Shown piece by piece: positions 24,238 to 37,198 of a stretch of DNA of 64,000 bases (positions within the stretch are counted from its first letter, which is position 1; every line of letters begins with the position of its first letter). A program made the position numbers and the translations under genes. The stretch covers positions 87,606,001 through 87,670,000 of the forward strand of contig NC_043003.1 of the NCBI RefSeq assembly GCF_006345805.1. Reading direction: 5' to 3'. The notes beneath the pieces are model-generated. The model was not told where the DNA came from and made no database searches. It saw only the letters and a program-made list of their open reading frames with translations. The stretch comes from Octopus sinensis (Eukaryota).

Positions 24238-27014
24238 ATCATCATCATCATCATCATCATCGTTTAACGTCCGTTTTCCGCGCTAGCACGGGTTGGACGG
24301 TTTGACCGGGGTCTGGGGAGCAGGGACTGCCCCAGGCTCCAGTCTGATCTGGCAGTTTTTTTCTACAGCTGGATGCCCTTCCTAACGCCAACCACTCCGC
24401 GAGTGTAGTGGGTGCTTTTTACGTGCCACCTGCACAGGTGCCAGAGGGGTCTGGCATCGGCCACGATCGGTTATTGCCTTTTTTCGTTGCATTGCGGCAG
24501 GGGGGGAGGGTTCCGGCAGAGAGGAGATAGGGAGAGAGAGTGGTGGGGGGTGCATGTAATATAGGGGAGCACCAGTGGGGAAGGTTTGGGGTAAGAGAAA
24601 CGATGACAGGTAGGGTTGGTGGCAGGTTCTAGACAGAATGAAAAGTAGGAAGTAAAACGTAGTATCAAGAGTGGGGGAGGGGGCTGGAAGGAGATAGCCG
24701 GTTGAGCAGTGACACGAGGCAGTGACACATTTCAAAACAGGAGGAACATAAGATAACAGGTTAAGTTGGGACGTTTGATGAGCTGCAGCGCTAGCTGCTT
24801 ATGTCCAGGGGAGAGAGGCAGGGGTAAAATACATAATGAGAAAGTATATTGAGGAGGAGGGGGAGGAGGAACAGACACACGTAGTGGTGGCGGTGGTAGA
24901 GGGGATATCCGGTGAGGATGGTGTTAAACAGAGTGTTCTCCGTTATGGGTGGTGGGGGTGGGAGGGCAGGCGAACCGCGAACGAATGGCGGGCTGCGAAG
25001 ATTTTGATTGGGGACAGTAGACTTAAAACAATCGGGTTTGAAGAAATGAACAGAGTAACGAACAAATTAACTTGGTACCGAGGGGATAAACAAATTAAAG
25101 TTTATTTTAAGAGCAAGCAGAATTAGTGAATAGATTCGAACATTTAAGGGTTAGCAGCAAATGTATGTGTGTAGTACAAGAGTCAGGAAGAGATGAAATG
25201 AGAATTCTTAGCTTGCTTGCTATGATCATCGCTGTGTGGTCAAGGAGGGGTGAATGAAAAATAAGCACACGAGGTGATTATTTATATAGGTTCACCGGAA
25301 GTGGGTTGGAAAGACGGAAGTTTTGATTGAAAGTAATGGCGGAGGACGAACGAAATATCTTCATACCGAGGCATTTAAAAAAAATTTTTAAGAATTTAAA
25401 CCGCGAACGAATGGCGGGCTGCGAAGATTTTGATTGGGGACAGTAGACTTAAAACAATCGGGGTTTGAATAAATGAACAGAGTAACGAACAAATTAACTT
25501 GGTACCGAGGGGATAAACAAATTAAAGGGTTATATTTTAAGAACAAGCAGAATTAGTGAATAGATTCGAACATTAAGGGTTAGCAGCAAATGTAGTGTGT
25601 AGTACAAGAGTCAGGAAGAGATGAAATGAGAATTCTTAGCTTGCTTGCTATGATCATCGCTGTGTGGTCAAGAAGGGGTGAATGAAAGAGAAGCACACGA
25701 GGTGATTATTTATATAGGTTCACCGGAAGTGGGTTGGAAAGACGGAAGTTTTGATTGAAAGTAATGGCGGAGGACGAACGAAATATCTTCATACCGAGGC
25801 ATTTTAAAAAAATTTAAGAATTTAAACCGCGAATGAATGGCGGGCTGCGAAGATTTTGATTGGGGACAGTAGACTTAAAACAATCGGGGTTTGAAGAAAT
25901 GAACAGAGTAACGAACAAATTAACTTGGTACCGAGGGGATAAAAAATTAAAGGGTTAAGGGTTATATTTTAAGAGCAAGCAGAATTAGTGAATAGATTCG
26001 AACATTTAAGGGTTAGCAGCAAATGTATGTGGTAGTACAAGAGTCAGGAAGAGATGAAATGAGAATTCTTAGCTTGCTTGCTATGATCATCGCTGTGTGG
26101 TCAAGAAGGGGTGAATGAAAAATAAGCACACGAGGTGATTATTTATATAGGTTCACCGGAAGTGGTTTGGAAAGACGGAAGTTTTGATTGAAAGTAATGG
26201 CGGAGGGCGAGGACGAACGAAATATCTTCATACCGAGGCATTTAAAAAAAATTTTTAAGAATTTAAACCGCGAACGAATGGCGGGCTGCGAAGATTTTGA
26301 TTGGGGACAGTAGACTTAAAACAATCGGGGTTTGAAGAAATGAACACAGTAGTAACGAACAAATTAACTTCGGTACCGAGGGGATAAAAAATTAAAGGGT
26401 TATATTTTAAGAGCAAGCAGAATTAGTGAATAGATTCGAACATTAAGGGTTAGAGCAGCAAATGTATGTGTGTAGTACAAGAGTCAGGAAGAGATGAAAT
26501 GAGAATTAGCTTGCTTGCTATGATCATCGCTGTTGTGGTCAAGAAGGGGTGAATGAAAGATAAGCACACGAGGTGATTATTTATATAGGTTCACCGGAAG
26601 TGGTTTGGAAAGACGACGGAAGTTTTGATTGAAAGTAATGGCGGAGGACGAACGAAATATCTTCATACGAGGCATTAAAAAAAATTTTTAAGAATTTAAA
26701 CCGCGAACGAATGGCGGGCTGCGAAGATTTTGATTGGGGACAGTAGACTTAAAACAATCGGGGTTTGAAGAAAGAAATGAACAGAGTAACGAACAAATTA
26801 ATTTGGTACCGAGGGGATAAACAAATTAAAGGGTTATATTTTAAGAGCAAGCAGAATTAGTGAATAGATTCGAACATTTAAGGGTAGCAGCAAATGTATG
26901 TGTGTAGTACAAGAGTCAGGAAGAGATGAAATGAGAATTCTTAGCTTGCTTGCTATGATCATCGCTGTGTGGTCACGAAGGGGTGAATGAAAGATAAGCA
27001 CACGAGGTGATTAT
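24238..27014 (-). mobile_element. Non-autonomous RTE family-1 derivative: monomer array + 5'UTR tether + 3'UTR/(GAT)n tail (copy 1)
   Basis: 24471-24972 aligns by eye to the RTE 5'UTR at ~7575-8010. 24238-24470 is the RTE 3'UTR end and tail. No ORF between them. Confidence 0.8.
24973..27014 (-). repeat. Tandem array of ~427-bp monomers (4 full + 1 partial)
   Basis: Unit starts (aaccgcgaa) at 24973, 25399, 25825, 26266, 26699. Confidence 0.97.
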
Positions 27015-27058
27015 TATATATATATAATATATATATATATATATAATATATATATATA

Positions 27059-28325
27059 TTGGGTTGGCCAAAAAGTCCGTTGGTTTTTTTTTTAGGTGAA
27101 AATCAAAACAAAGTAAACAATTGTGAAAAATGTATTTAATCAATACAATAGTTACCATTTGCTTCTATAACCTTTTGCCACCTGTTGGGTAGATCTTTAA
27201 TCCCCTGTTCAAAGAATTTAGGTTCTTTATTAGCAAAAAAGTTTCCAAGAAAGTTTTCACAACTTCATCAGAATTAAAATTTTTTCCATTCAATGAATTT
27301 TGCAGTGATCGAAACAGATGGAAATCTGATGGGGCCAGATCTGGAGAGTACGGAGGGTGAGGCAAAACTTCCCACTCAAACTGCTGCAACTTCTGCCGAG
27401 TAATCAAAGGAGTGTGTGGCCTTGCATTGTTATGGTGAAAAACGCCTTTGCGATTCACCAGTTCTGGCCGTTTTTGATGAAGAACCATGTTTAATTTATC
27501 CAGTTGTGCACAATAAACCTCTGAAATGATGGTTTTATTCAAGGGAAGAAGTTCCAAAAAAGACAACACCCTTCCAATCCCACCATATCGATAACAGAAC
27601 TTTCTTTGGGTGAAGACCTGCTTTGGGTGTTCGTTTTGGAGAATCCCCTGCTTTTTTCCATGATCTTCATTTCACACCATTGTAAACTACCCGCTTTTCA
27701 TCTCCAGTAACAATTCTTCTCAAAAAGGGTTTGTTGTTTTCCCTTTTTAGTAATGAATCATAAATGGAAACCCTCTGGACAAGATTTGCTTCTGTCAAAC
27801 ATCAAGTTTAGAAACGTAACCAAGTTTATATGCAATTCCATTTTCCACACTTGTTTTGGATATGTTAAGAATATCTGTGATTTGTCTGGTCATAAGACTG
27901 CAGTCTTGTTTGACTACAGCTCTCAGTTGGTCGATGTCAATTTTTTTTCGCCGGCCAGTGCAAGGTGCATCTCTTACTGAAAAATTCCCTGATTGAAATT
28001 GAGCAAACCATTTCTGGCACACCCATTCTGAAACAGCATTTCTCCATACACATTGCATAACTTTCGGCAAGTTTCTGTTGCTTTCTTTCTTTCTCTGAAG
28101 TAAAAAAGCATAAGATGCCGATAGTGCTCCGCCCGGTCTTCCATGCCTAGGCTCAAATGCAATCAAACAAGTTGCAATCTCTCTCCTTTGAGGCTTGTTA
28201 CACACTGATGCAACCTTGGTCGTTATACCGAATACAGTTTCTAAAGAAAAAGAATATCAGAACAGTGATTAGAAGACTGGACAGTTGATACTAAAAAAAA
28301 CGAACGGACTTTTTGGCCAACCCAA
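27059..28325 (-). mobile_element. Mariner transposon, defective (copy 2 of duplication)
   Basis: Near-identical to 22873-24137, offset 4186 bp; differences are mostly 1-2-nt indels. Confidence 0.93.
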
Positions 28326-29161
28326 TATATATCTAATTACACCTAACTTAATATATACCCCTATATAAATATATATATATATACATACATATACATATAC
28401 ACACACATACACATATATATACATATCATCATCATCATCATCATCATCGTTTAACGTCCGTTTTCCGCGCTAGCACGGGTTGGACGGTTTGACCGGGGTC
28501 TGGGGAGCAGGGACTGCCCCAGGCTCCAGTCTGATCTGGCAGTTTTTTTCTACAGCTGGATGCCCTTCCTAACGCCAACCACTCCGCGAGTGTAGTGGGT
28601 GCTTTTTACGTGCCACCTGCACAGTGCCAGAGGGGTCTGGCATCGGCCACGATCGTTGTTATTGCCTTTTTTCGTTGCATTGCGGCAGGGGGGGAGGGTT
28701 CCGGCAGAGAGGAGATAGGGAGAGAGAGTGGTGGGGGGTGCATGTAATATAGGGGAGCACCAGTGGGGAAGGTTTGGGGTAAAGAGAAACGATGACAGGT
28801 AGGGTTGGTGGCAGGTTCTAGACAGAATGAAAAGTAGGAAGTAAAACGTAGGATATCAAGAGTGGGGGAGGGGGCTGGAAGGAGATAGCCGGTTGAGGCA
28901 GTGACACGAGGCAGTGACACATTTCAAAACAGGAGGAACATAAGATAACAGGTTAAGTGGGACGTTTGATGAGCTGCAGCGCTAGCTGCTTATGTCCAGG
29001 GGGAGAGAGGCAGGGGTAAAATACATAATGAGAAAGTATATTGAGGAGGAGGGGGAGGAGGAACAGACACACGTAGTGGTGGCGGTGGTAGAGGGGATAT
29101 CCGGTGAGGATGGTGTAACAGAGTGTTCTCCGTATGGGTGGTGGGGGTGGGAGGGCAGGCG

Positions 29162-32028
29162 AACCGCGAACGAATGGCGGGCTGCGAAGATTTTGATTGG
29201 GGACAGTAGACTTAAAACAATCGGGGTTTGAAGAAATGAACAGAGTAACGAACAAATTAACTTGGTACCGAGGGGATAAACAAATTAAAGGGTTATATTT
29301 TAAGAGCAAGCAGAATAGTGAATAGATTCGAACATTAAGGGTTAGCAGCAAATGTATGTGTGTAGTACAAGAGTCAGGAAGAGATGAAATGAGAATTCTT
29401 AGCTTGCTTGCTATGATCATCGCTGTGTGGTCAAGGAGGGGTGAATGAAAAATAGCACACGAGGTGATTATTTATATAGGTTCACCGGAAGTGGGTTGGA
29501 AAGACGGAAGTTTTGATTGAAAGTAATGGCGGAGGACGAACGAAATATCTTCATACCGAGGCATTTAAAAAAAATTTTTAAGAATTTAAACCGCGAACGA
29601 ATGGCGGGCTGCGAAGATTTTGATTGGGGACAGTAGACTTAAAACAATCGGGGTTTGAATAAATGAACAGAGTAACGAACAAATTAACTTGGTACCGAGG
29701 GGATAAACAAATTAAAGGGTTATATTTTAAGAACAAGCAGAATTAGTGAATAGATTCGAACATTTAAGGGTTAGCAGCAAATGTATGTGTGTAGTACAAG
29801 AGTCAGGAAGAGATGAAATGAGAATTCTTAGCTTGCTTGCTATGATCATCGCTGTGTGGTCAAGAAGGGGTGAATGAAAGATAAGCACACGAGGTGATTA
29901 TTTATATAGGTTCACCGGAAGTGGGTTGAAAGACGGAAGTTTTGATTGAAGTAATGGCGGAGGACGAACGAAATATCTTCATACCGAGGCATTTTAAAAA
30001 AATTTTTAAGAATTTAAACCGCGAATGAATGGCGGGCTGCGAAGATTTTGATTGGGGACAGTAGACTTAAAACAATCGGGGTTTGAAGAAATGAACAGAG
30101 TAACGAACAATTAACTTGGTACCGAGGGGATAAACAAATTAAAGGGTTATATTTTAAGAGCAAGCAGAATTAGTGAATAGATTCGAACATTTAAGGGTTA
30201 GCAGCAAATGTATGTGTAGTACAAGAGTCAGGAAGAGATGAAATGAGAATTCTTAGCTTGCTTGCTATGATCATCGCTGTGTGGTCAAGAAGGGGTGAAT
30301 GAAAGATAGCACACGAGGTGATTATTTATATAGGTTCACCGGAAGTGGTTTGGAAAGACGGATTTTTGATTGAAAGTAATGGCGGAGGACGAACGAAATA
30401 TCTTCATACCGAGGCATTTAAAAAAAATTTTTAAGAATTTTAACCGCGAACGAATGGCGGGCTGCGAAGATTTTGATTGGGGACAGTAGACTTAAAACAA
30501 TCGGGGTTTGAAGAAATGAACAGAGTAACGAACAAATTAACTTGGTACCGAGGGGATAAACAAATTAAAGGGTTATATTTTAAGAGCAAGCAGAATTAGT
30601 GAATAGATTCGAACATTTAAGGGTTAGCAGCAAATGTATGTGTGTAGTACAAGAGTCAGGAAGAGATGAAATGAGAATTCTTAGCTTGCTTGCTATGATC
30701 ATCGCTGTGTGGTCAAGAAGGGGTGAATGAAAGATAAGCACACGAGGTGATTATTTATATAGGTTCACCGGAAGTGGTTTGGAAAGACGGAAGTTTTGAT
30801 TGAAAGTAATGGCGGAGGACGAACGAAATATCTTCATACCGAGGCATTTAAAAAAAATTTTTAAGAATTTAAACCGCGAACGAATGGCGGGCTGCGAAGA
30901 TTTTGATTGGGGACAGTAGACTTAAAACAATCGGGGTTTGAAGAAATGAACAGAGTAACGAACAAATTAACTTGGTACCGAGGGGATAAACAAATTAAAG
31001 GGTTATATTTTAAGAGCAAGCAGAATTAGTGAATAGATTCGAACATTTAAGGGTTAGCAGCAAATGTATGTGTGTAGTACAAGAGTCAGGAAGAGATGAA
31101 ATGAGAATTCTTAGCTTGCTTGCTATGATCATCGCTGTGTGGTCACGAAGGGTGAAGAAAGATAAGCACACGAGGTGATTATTTATATAGGTTCACCGAA
31201 GTGGGTTGGAAAGACGGAAGTTTTGATTGAAGTAATGGCGGAGGACGAACGAAATATCTTCATACCGAGGCATTTTAAAAAAATTTTTAAGAATTGAAAC
31301 TGCGAACGAATGGCGGGCTGCGAAGATTTTGATTGGGGACAGTAGACTTAAAACATCGGGTTTGAAGAAATGAACAGAGTAACGACAAATTAACTTGGTA
31401 CTGAGGGGATAAACAAATTAAGGGTTATATTTTAGAGCAAGCAGAATTAGTGAATAGATTCGAACATTAAGGGTTAGCAGCAAATGTATGTGTGTAGTAC
31501 AAGAGTCAGGAAGAGATGAATGAGAATTCTTAGCTTGCTTGCTATGATCATCGCTGTGTGGACAAGAAGGGGTGAATGAAAGATAAGCACACGAGGTGAT
31601 TATTTATATAGGTTCACCGGAAGTGGTTTGGAAAGACGGAAGTTTTGATTGAAAGTAATGGCGGAGGACGAACGAAATATCTTCAACCGAGGCATTTAAA
31701 AAAAATTTTTAAGAATTTAAACCGCGAACGAATGGCGGGCTGCGAAGATTTTGATTGGGGACAGTAGACTTAAAACAATCGGGGTTTGAAGAAATGAACA
31801 GAGTAACGAACAAATTAACTTGGTACCGAGGGGATAAACAAATTAAAGGGTTATATTTTAAGAGCAAGCAGAATTAGTGAATAGATTCGAACATTTAAGG
31901 GTTAGCAGCAAATGTATGTGTGTAGTACAAGAGTCAGGAAGAGATGAAATGAGAATTCTTAGCTTGCTTGCTATGATCATCGCTGTGTGGTCAAGAAGGG
32001 GTGAATGAAAGATAAGCACACGAGGTGA

Positions 32029-32038
<10 letters not shown>
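29162..32038 (-). repeat. Tandem array of ~427-bp monomers (6 full + 1 partial)
   Basis: Unit starts at 29162, 29589, 30017, 30442, 30872, 31298, 31720. Confidence 0.97.
30725..30815 (-). promoter_or_regulatory. Predicted Pol II core promoter, repeated in each monomer (example copy)
   Basis: Minus strand: YY1-like CCGCCATT (30808-15), ETS-type ACTTCCGT (30787-94) and ACTTCCGG (30768-75), TATAAA starting 30759, Inr TCATTC with +1 A at 30728, i.e. TATA at -31. Confidence 0.65.
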
Positions 32039-32065
<27 letters not shown>

Positions 32066-32224
32066 CATATACACACACATACATACACATTCACACACAT
32101 ATACATACACATCTGCATAATCATCACAATATAACTAATATAATATATTATAGTAATAATCGTTCACTCTAAATAATTACAGATAATTCAGTAGGGGTAA
32201 ATTTAATAGTATGTTCTATTTGTA

Positions 32225-32818
32225 TTTGGAGAAAGTACACCCAATTTTATGAAGACAGGAAACATTACATTCCTTAAAATTGTTAATAAGCAGAATTTTA
32301 GCCCTAATTAGAAAGAAAATTTCATTAATGCATAATAAACATTTTTTATTTTTATTGTTGTATGCTGGTGCTGATATTATTTTCCATTATAAATTATAAT
32401 TGATTTTCTTATCTTTAAGTTCCCATATATAGGTACTTAACCCTGTAGAATTTCTCCTATTTCTGTTACTAAAGGTGTAGCTGTGATAATTAAATCTGTT
32501 TCATATTGTTTTTCATTGCACTGATATAAACTTTACTATCATATTGTGTACTTACTATACATTGATATACTACCTCCTTTCTAATGCAACCATCATTAAA
32601 TACACAATTATTACTTATTCTACAATTACACTTTCTACATTGTTGTACAGGGTTTATGTTATTGGGGTTAACAGTCAATATATCATTACTATTTCTCTGG
32701 TTATTGTCTATCTGAATAATATTATTAATGCTTATACTATTATGATCATTACTATTAGTATTATTCTTGTTATTTCGACTTGCATTGTTACTGTTGTTGT
32801 TATTATTATTATTATTAC
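32225..32818 (-). mobile_element. Penelope-like element C-terminal part (Asn-rich linker + GIY-YIG endonuclease)
   Basis: CNCR...C...GC....VVYQ..V......K.YI, then STGLSTYIWELKD and C.LC.NE motifs. Confidence 0.85.
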
Positions 32819-35800
32819 TTTTTTTTTCTTCTTTCAAATTTGCTTCCATTTCTTGCCGAGTGTCTTCCCGACTCCTAGGGCAAAGAAACTCATAGTATAC
32901 AATGGTAGGCCATTAAACCAAATTCAGTAGTTCGTTCATTTTTTTTTTTTTTTTTAAGTTAAATTAAAATACATGAGCAGCAACAGTTCTCACATCGACA
33001 ATGCTCTTCTCAATACGTGTGATGTACCAGTTAAGACAATCTTTTGCACTTCTTGCAGGGATGGTAAGCCAGGGATCATTCTCATATAATTTTCGGGTCC
33101 CTTCTTGATCATTCCTAGTGCTCCTACGATCACTGGTATTGTAACCGCCTTGAGATGCCACATTTTCTCAATTTCAATGAGTAGGTCTTTATATTTTCTG
33201 AGCTTGTCAAACTCTTTCGCTGAGATATTATGATCACAGGGGATGCTCATGTCAATCAATAAGCAAACCGTATTGTTTTGGTCTTTCACAACAATATCTG
33301 GTTTATTGGCCTTGATGGTTCGGTCTGTATGTACTGGAAAGTCCCACAGAATGGTTACATTTTCTCCTTCAGTTACAGCCTCAGGGTGGTGATTATACCA
33401 CTTGTCGGCAGGTTTGATATTGTAATGCCGACTAATTAGCCAGTGGAGATATTGGCCAACTCTGTCATGTCTTAATTTATACTCCACTGGTGCTAAGACT
33501 TTACATCCAGAGATTAGATGGTCCACTGTTTCAATCATGTCGTTGCAGAATCGGCATTTTGGGTCTGCTCCATTTTTCATCACATTGGCCTGGTAGTTCC
33601 GGGTTAATAGGCTTTGATCTTGAGCAGCCAGGATGAAACCTTCGCTCTCTGCTTTTAGCCCTGAGCTCCGTAACCACTGATGGGTTTGCTTCTGGTCAAC
33701 ATCAGCTTGTTTGCTGCGGGTCACATATTTGCCGTGCAGAGGTTTTTCCTCCCACCTATCAGCCAATTGCTCGTGCGCGTTTTTCATTGCTATCATTTTC
33801 ACCTTCTTTGCAACAATAGTTGCCGTACTTCCCTCGGGTTGTTCAGTTTGGGTATCCTGCACGAGATCAGTAGCAAATTTTTTGCTTTCCTTTATTATAG
33901 AATGAAGCTTCTTTCGTCTCTCGTGATTTTCCACGAGCTTTAGCATCCAGTCATTCGATATTTCGAGATATTTGGCCAGTCCAATTGTGGTTGTTTTGTA
34001 AGCTAGTTCAATTGGATCAGGCCTCGACCTCCTTGGGCTCTGGGAAGGTAAAGGCGATCTACGTCTGCCTTTGGGTGGTGCATCCTATTACAACTCAGCA
34101 GCTTGCGTATTTTTCTATCTATATTCTTTACTTCACTCATATTCCAGTTCAACACATTGTAGCTATAAGTAACAACTGGAACTGCTAAGGAATTTATAGC
34201 TAACACCTTGTTACGTGCATTTAGTTCAGATTTCAGGACTGCACGAACTCTCCTATAACATTCCTTCCTGATTTTCTCTTTCATGCTTGCATGCTGAATA
34301 CCAGAGCCTTCATTTATCCCTAAATATTTGTATGTTTGTTCTTGCTCAAGCTCTCTTATGACTGTGTCAACATCTAACACGACTGAATTTGTGGTCTTCA
34401 CTTTCCCTTTCTGGAAAGTGGCCTTGGCACACTTCTCAAGTCCAAACTCCATCCCGATGTCATCGCTGAATGCTTTCACGGTGCGCAATAGGCCTTCAAG
34501 TTCATTATTGTCTTTACCATAAAGTTTTAAGTCATCATATAAAATAGATGGCTTATTTTTTTATTGGCAATTTTATACCCATACACTGTTCTGTTTAATT
34601 CACTTGTAAGGGGTATTAGGGCTACGCAGAATATTAAAGGTGAAAGTGAGTCACCTTGAAAAATTCCACAGTTGATGTTTATATTTTCTGAGGCAAGTAC
34701 TCCATTAGAGTGGTATAATTGGAGATTCGTATTCCACAACGACATATTGTGCTTCAGGAAGTTTGAAATCACAGGGGAAATTTTGAAGATGTCCAGCGAT
34801 CTCAAGATCCATGGATGCGGTATACTGTCGAAGGCCTTTTTATAGTCAATCCATGCGGTGCTGAGATTTCTGCACTTGTTGTGACAGTTCTCAAGGATCA
34901 TACGATTGATTAGCAGTTGATCTTTGCATCCGTAAGAGCCTCGGCGGCACCCTTTTTGTTCAATGGGGAAAATATCGTTCTTCTCCATGAATGCATATGT
35001 TTTCTCCGCCAGGATAGATGTTAGGATTTTATACGTGGTGGATAGACAGGTTATAGGCCGATAGTTTTTTGGAAGGTTGGTTTCGTTATTCTTGGGAGTA
35101 GGTAAGTAATGCCACTTGCTAACCATTCAGGTGTTTTCTTTGGGTCTCTCATAATTCCATTGAGCAGCTGAACTAGCTTACCGTGTGCGCATGGGAGCGA
35201 TGCGAGCCAGAAATTCGGCACCTTATCTTTACCGGGGGATTTCCAATTATGGGCCTTCGTGAGTGCCTTTCTTAGGTCTGCTATTGTGATGTCTTCCCAT
35301 GCTTGTTGTAAATTTTGGTAGGATCCTTCAGTTTGTATAATCCAGTCTGCATTTATGTTGTACATCTTCTTGTCACTCCAAATCCTTTTCCAAAAGTTCT
35401 TTAACGGTTACTTTCTCCTTCCCTATTTCTCTGTAGAATTTTTTGGCATTGGATGTGAACAGCTTATTTTGCTTATAAAACTTGTTTCTCTTCTCAAATC
35501 TTCGTATTCTTTGGGCTTTTGCTTGGACTTTTTGTTTCAGCGTTTCTTTTATTGATATCAGTTCTTCTCTTGGTGAGGATCCAAATTTTCTCTTCATCTT
35601 TCTTCCTGTTCTGGATCTTACATCATTTCCACATATTAGTTCATTTAATATTGATATTTCCCCTCTCATAAATTCAATCTCTTTTTCAATTTTACTCCAG
35701 GTTTGATTTCTTCCCAGGTTTGGTTTTCTTTGTTTTTTCGGGGGCATACAGCTGGTTTCAATTGCCCTAGCAGAAGCATAAATAATTTCATTTAACTCAG

Positions 35801-36752
35801 TAAAATCAGGTTTTAATTCTCGTATTATTTCATTTGTTACATAGTTGCCAATTTGGATTTGTTTTTTATTTTGGTTTGTATTTGAGAGTTTATGAAGTGG
35901 TTCTCTATCATTCATACTTGTATGTCTTACAACTTCAAGCGTATTCAGGATTTTCTGCCTCATTTCTGCCATAGACTCTCTGTGTTCTTCAGCAAATGCA
36001 AGATCTTCAGTTACTGTTGTTTTTTTTTCGTTTTCCTGGCTATCTTTAACAGGTACAATAGAATTTCTTGTATCTTCAGGCCTTTGTGTACTTTGGTCAG
36101 ATGGCAGTCTTTCAATTAAGCCTCGTGGCGGGCTTACTGTTCATCTGATTCTTCATTTCCTTTGTGTCTTATATTATGTCATTTTCCGTTGCGTGCTTGA
36201 TCGCGCTTATTTCACTGTCTGTGAGTCTGTTATTTCTAAGGATATCCCTCCTCACATTTGCTAATTTGTTCTCATCCAAATAGGGCCTACTGTCTTGATT
36301 CCGTGTTCTCCATATACTGTAAGAGTTTGCGGTGTGTCTCTCTTGAGATGGCCTACCTAATGCATAGTAATAAGCGTATATTACTTCTTCATACTTTTCT
36401 TGGGTCCATTTGTTCCGCTTACATTTTTCTTTCTGTGGTGGTTGTGGTGGTGAACTTGGAGGGCTCCAGTTGGGGGATTTCCCGTTCAAGTGACCATCCA
36501 TGTCCGTATTCGGAGAAGAGTTTGTGCCAGTTGATGACTTTTCGATCCCAGGCTGGCTCTTCCCTGGGGGACGCGCTTCCAGATTAACCATAGGACAAGT
36601 GATTTGGTATACTGATTTAGTTTTCCTTTTAGTTTCCAAAAACATTTTGGTGGCTACGATAATGTTATCATTTTTAGCTTTGATTGGCTCGTGGGGAGAC
36701 GGCCATCATTGCCGTTACAATTATAATCGTACCATTATAGCAGCGTAGTCAG
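32819..36752 (-). mobile_element. R4/Dong-clade (restriction-like endonuclease) non-LTR retrotransposon, near full length
   Basis: N-terminal KW..E...Y.YY region; RT (YRPITCL, EQKGC, AWIDYKKAFDS, GIFQGDSLSPL, YKYLG); CCHC CRFC...ETVDHLISGC; REL motif KPDIVV...LIDMSIP...KLRKY. TAA repeats at both ends. Confidence 0.9.
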
Positions 36753-37198
36753 CTTATTATTGTTATTATCATCACCTTACCATCACTATCATCATTATCA
36801 CCACCATTACCATCATCATTATCATCACAATCACCATCACACATCATCATCATCAATGATATTGTTTTGTTGTAGTCACAGCAGTATCTTATTATGTTAT
36901 TTTTGTTTTTTATCATTATCACCATCACAGTAGTGTCTGTCTGTCTCGTTGCTGGCTTGGTGGTTGGCTGGCTGACTGTCTTCAACACCAGAGTTCTTGC
37001 CTGTCAAATAATACTTTCTTTGTGTTGGTTGAACTCTTTGAGGTGTGGTTGTGGTGGAGATAGATAGATAGATTATCAGCACTATTACTATCATTATTAT
37101 CATCATCACCATCAGTGATTTTTTTTTTTTTTAGGTGGGGTCCTATAGGTCAAAAAAAGTTCAGATGTTTACTACTATTAGGCTTAAGAAAAATTAAG

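Larger units (their letters stand above)
28425..32038 (-). mobile_element. Non-autonomous RTE family-1 derivative (copy 2, longer monomer array)
   Basis: Same organisation as 24238-27014; the 5' end merges into (TA)n at a monomer TATA box. Confidence 0.8.

Noticed and set aside
25520-25965. Telomere-like aagggtta motifs in the monomers
   Set aside because: Only two imperfect motifs per unit; no (TTAGGG)n run.
24973-32038. 427-bp array as CRISPR, rDNA/5S or retrozyme (hammerhead) repeats
   Set aside because: No unique spacers, eukaryotic context, no rRNA similarity recognised, and no CTGAnGA...GAAA core on either strand.
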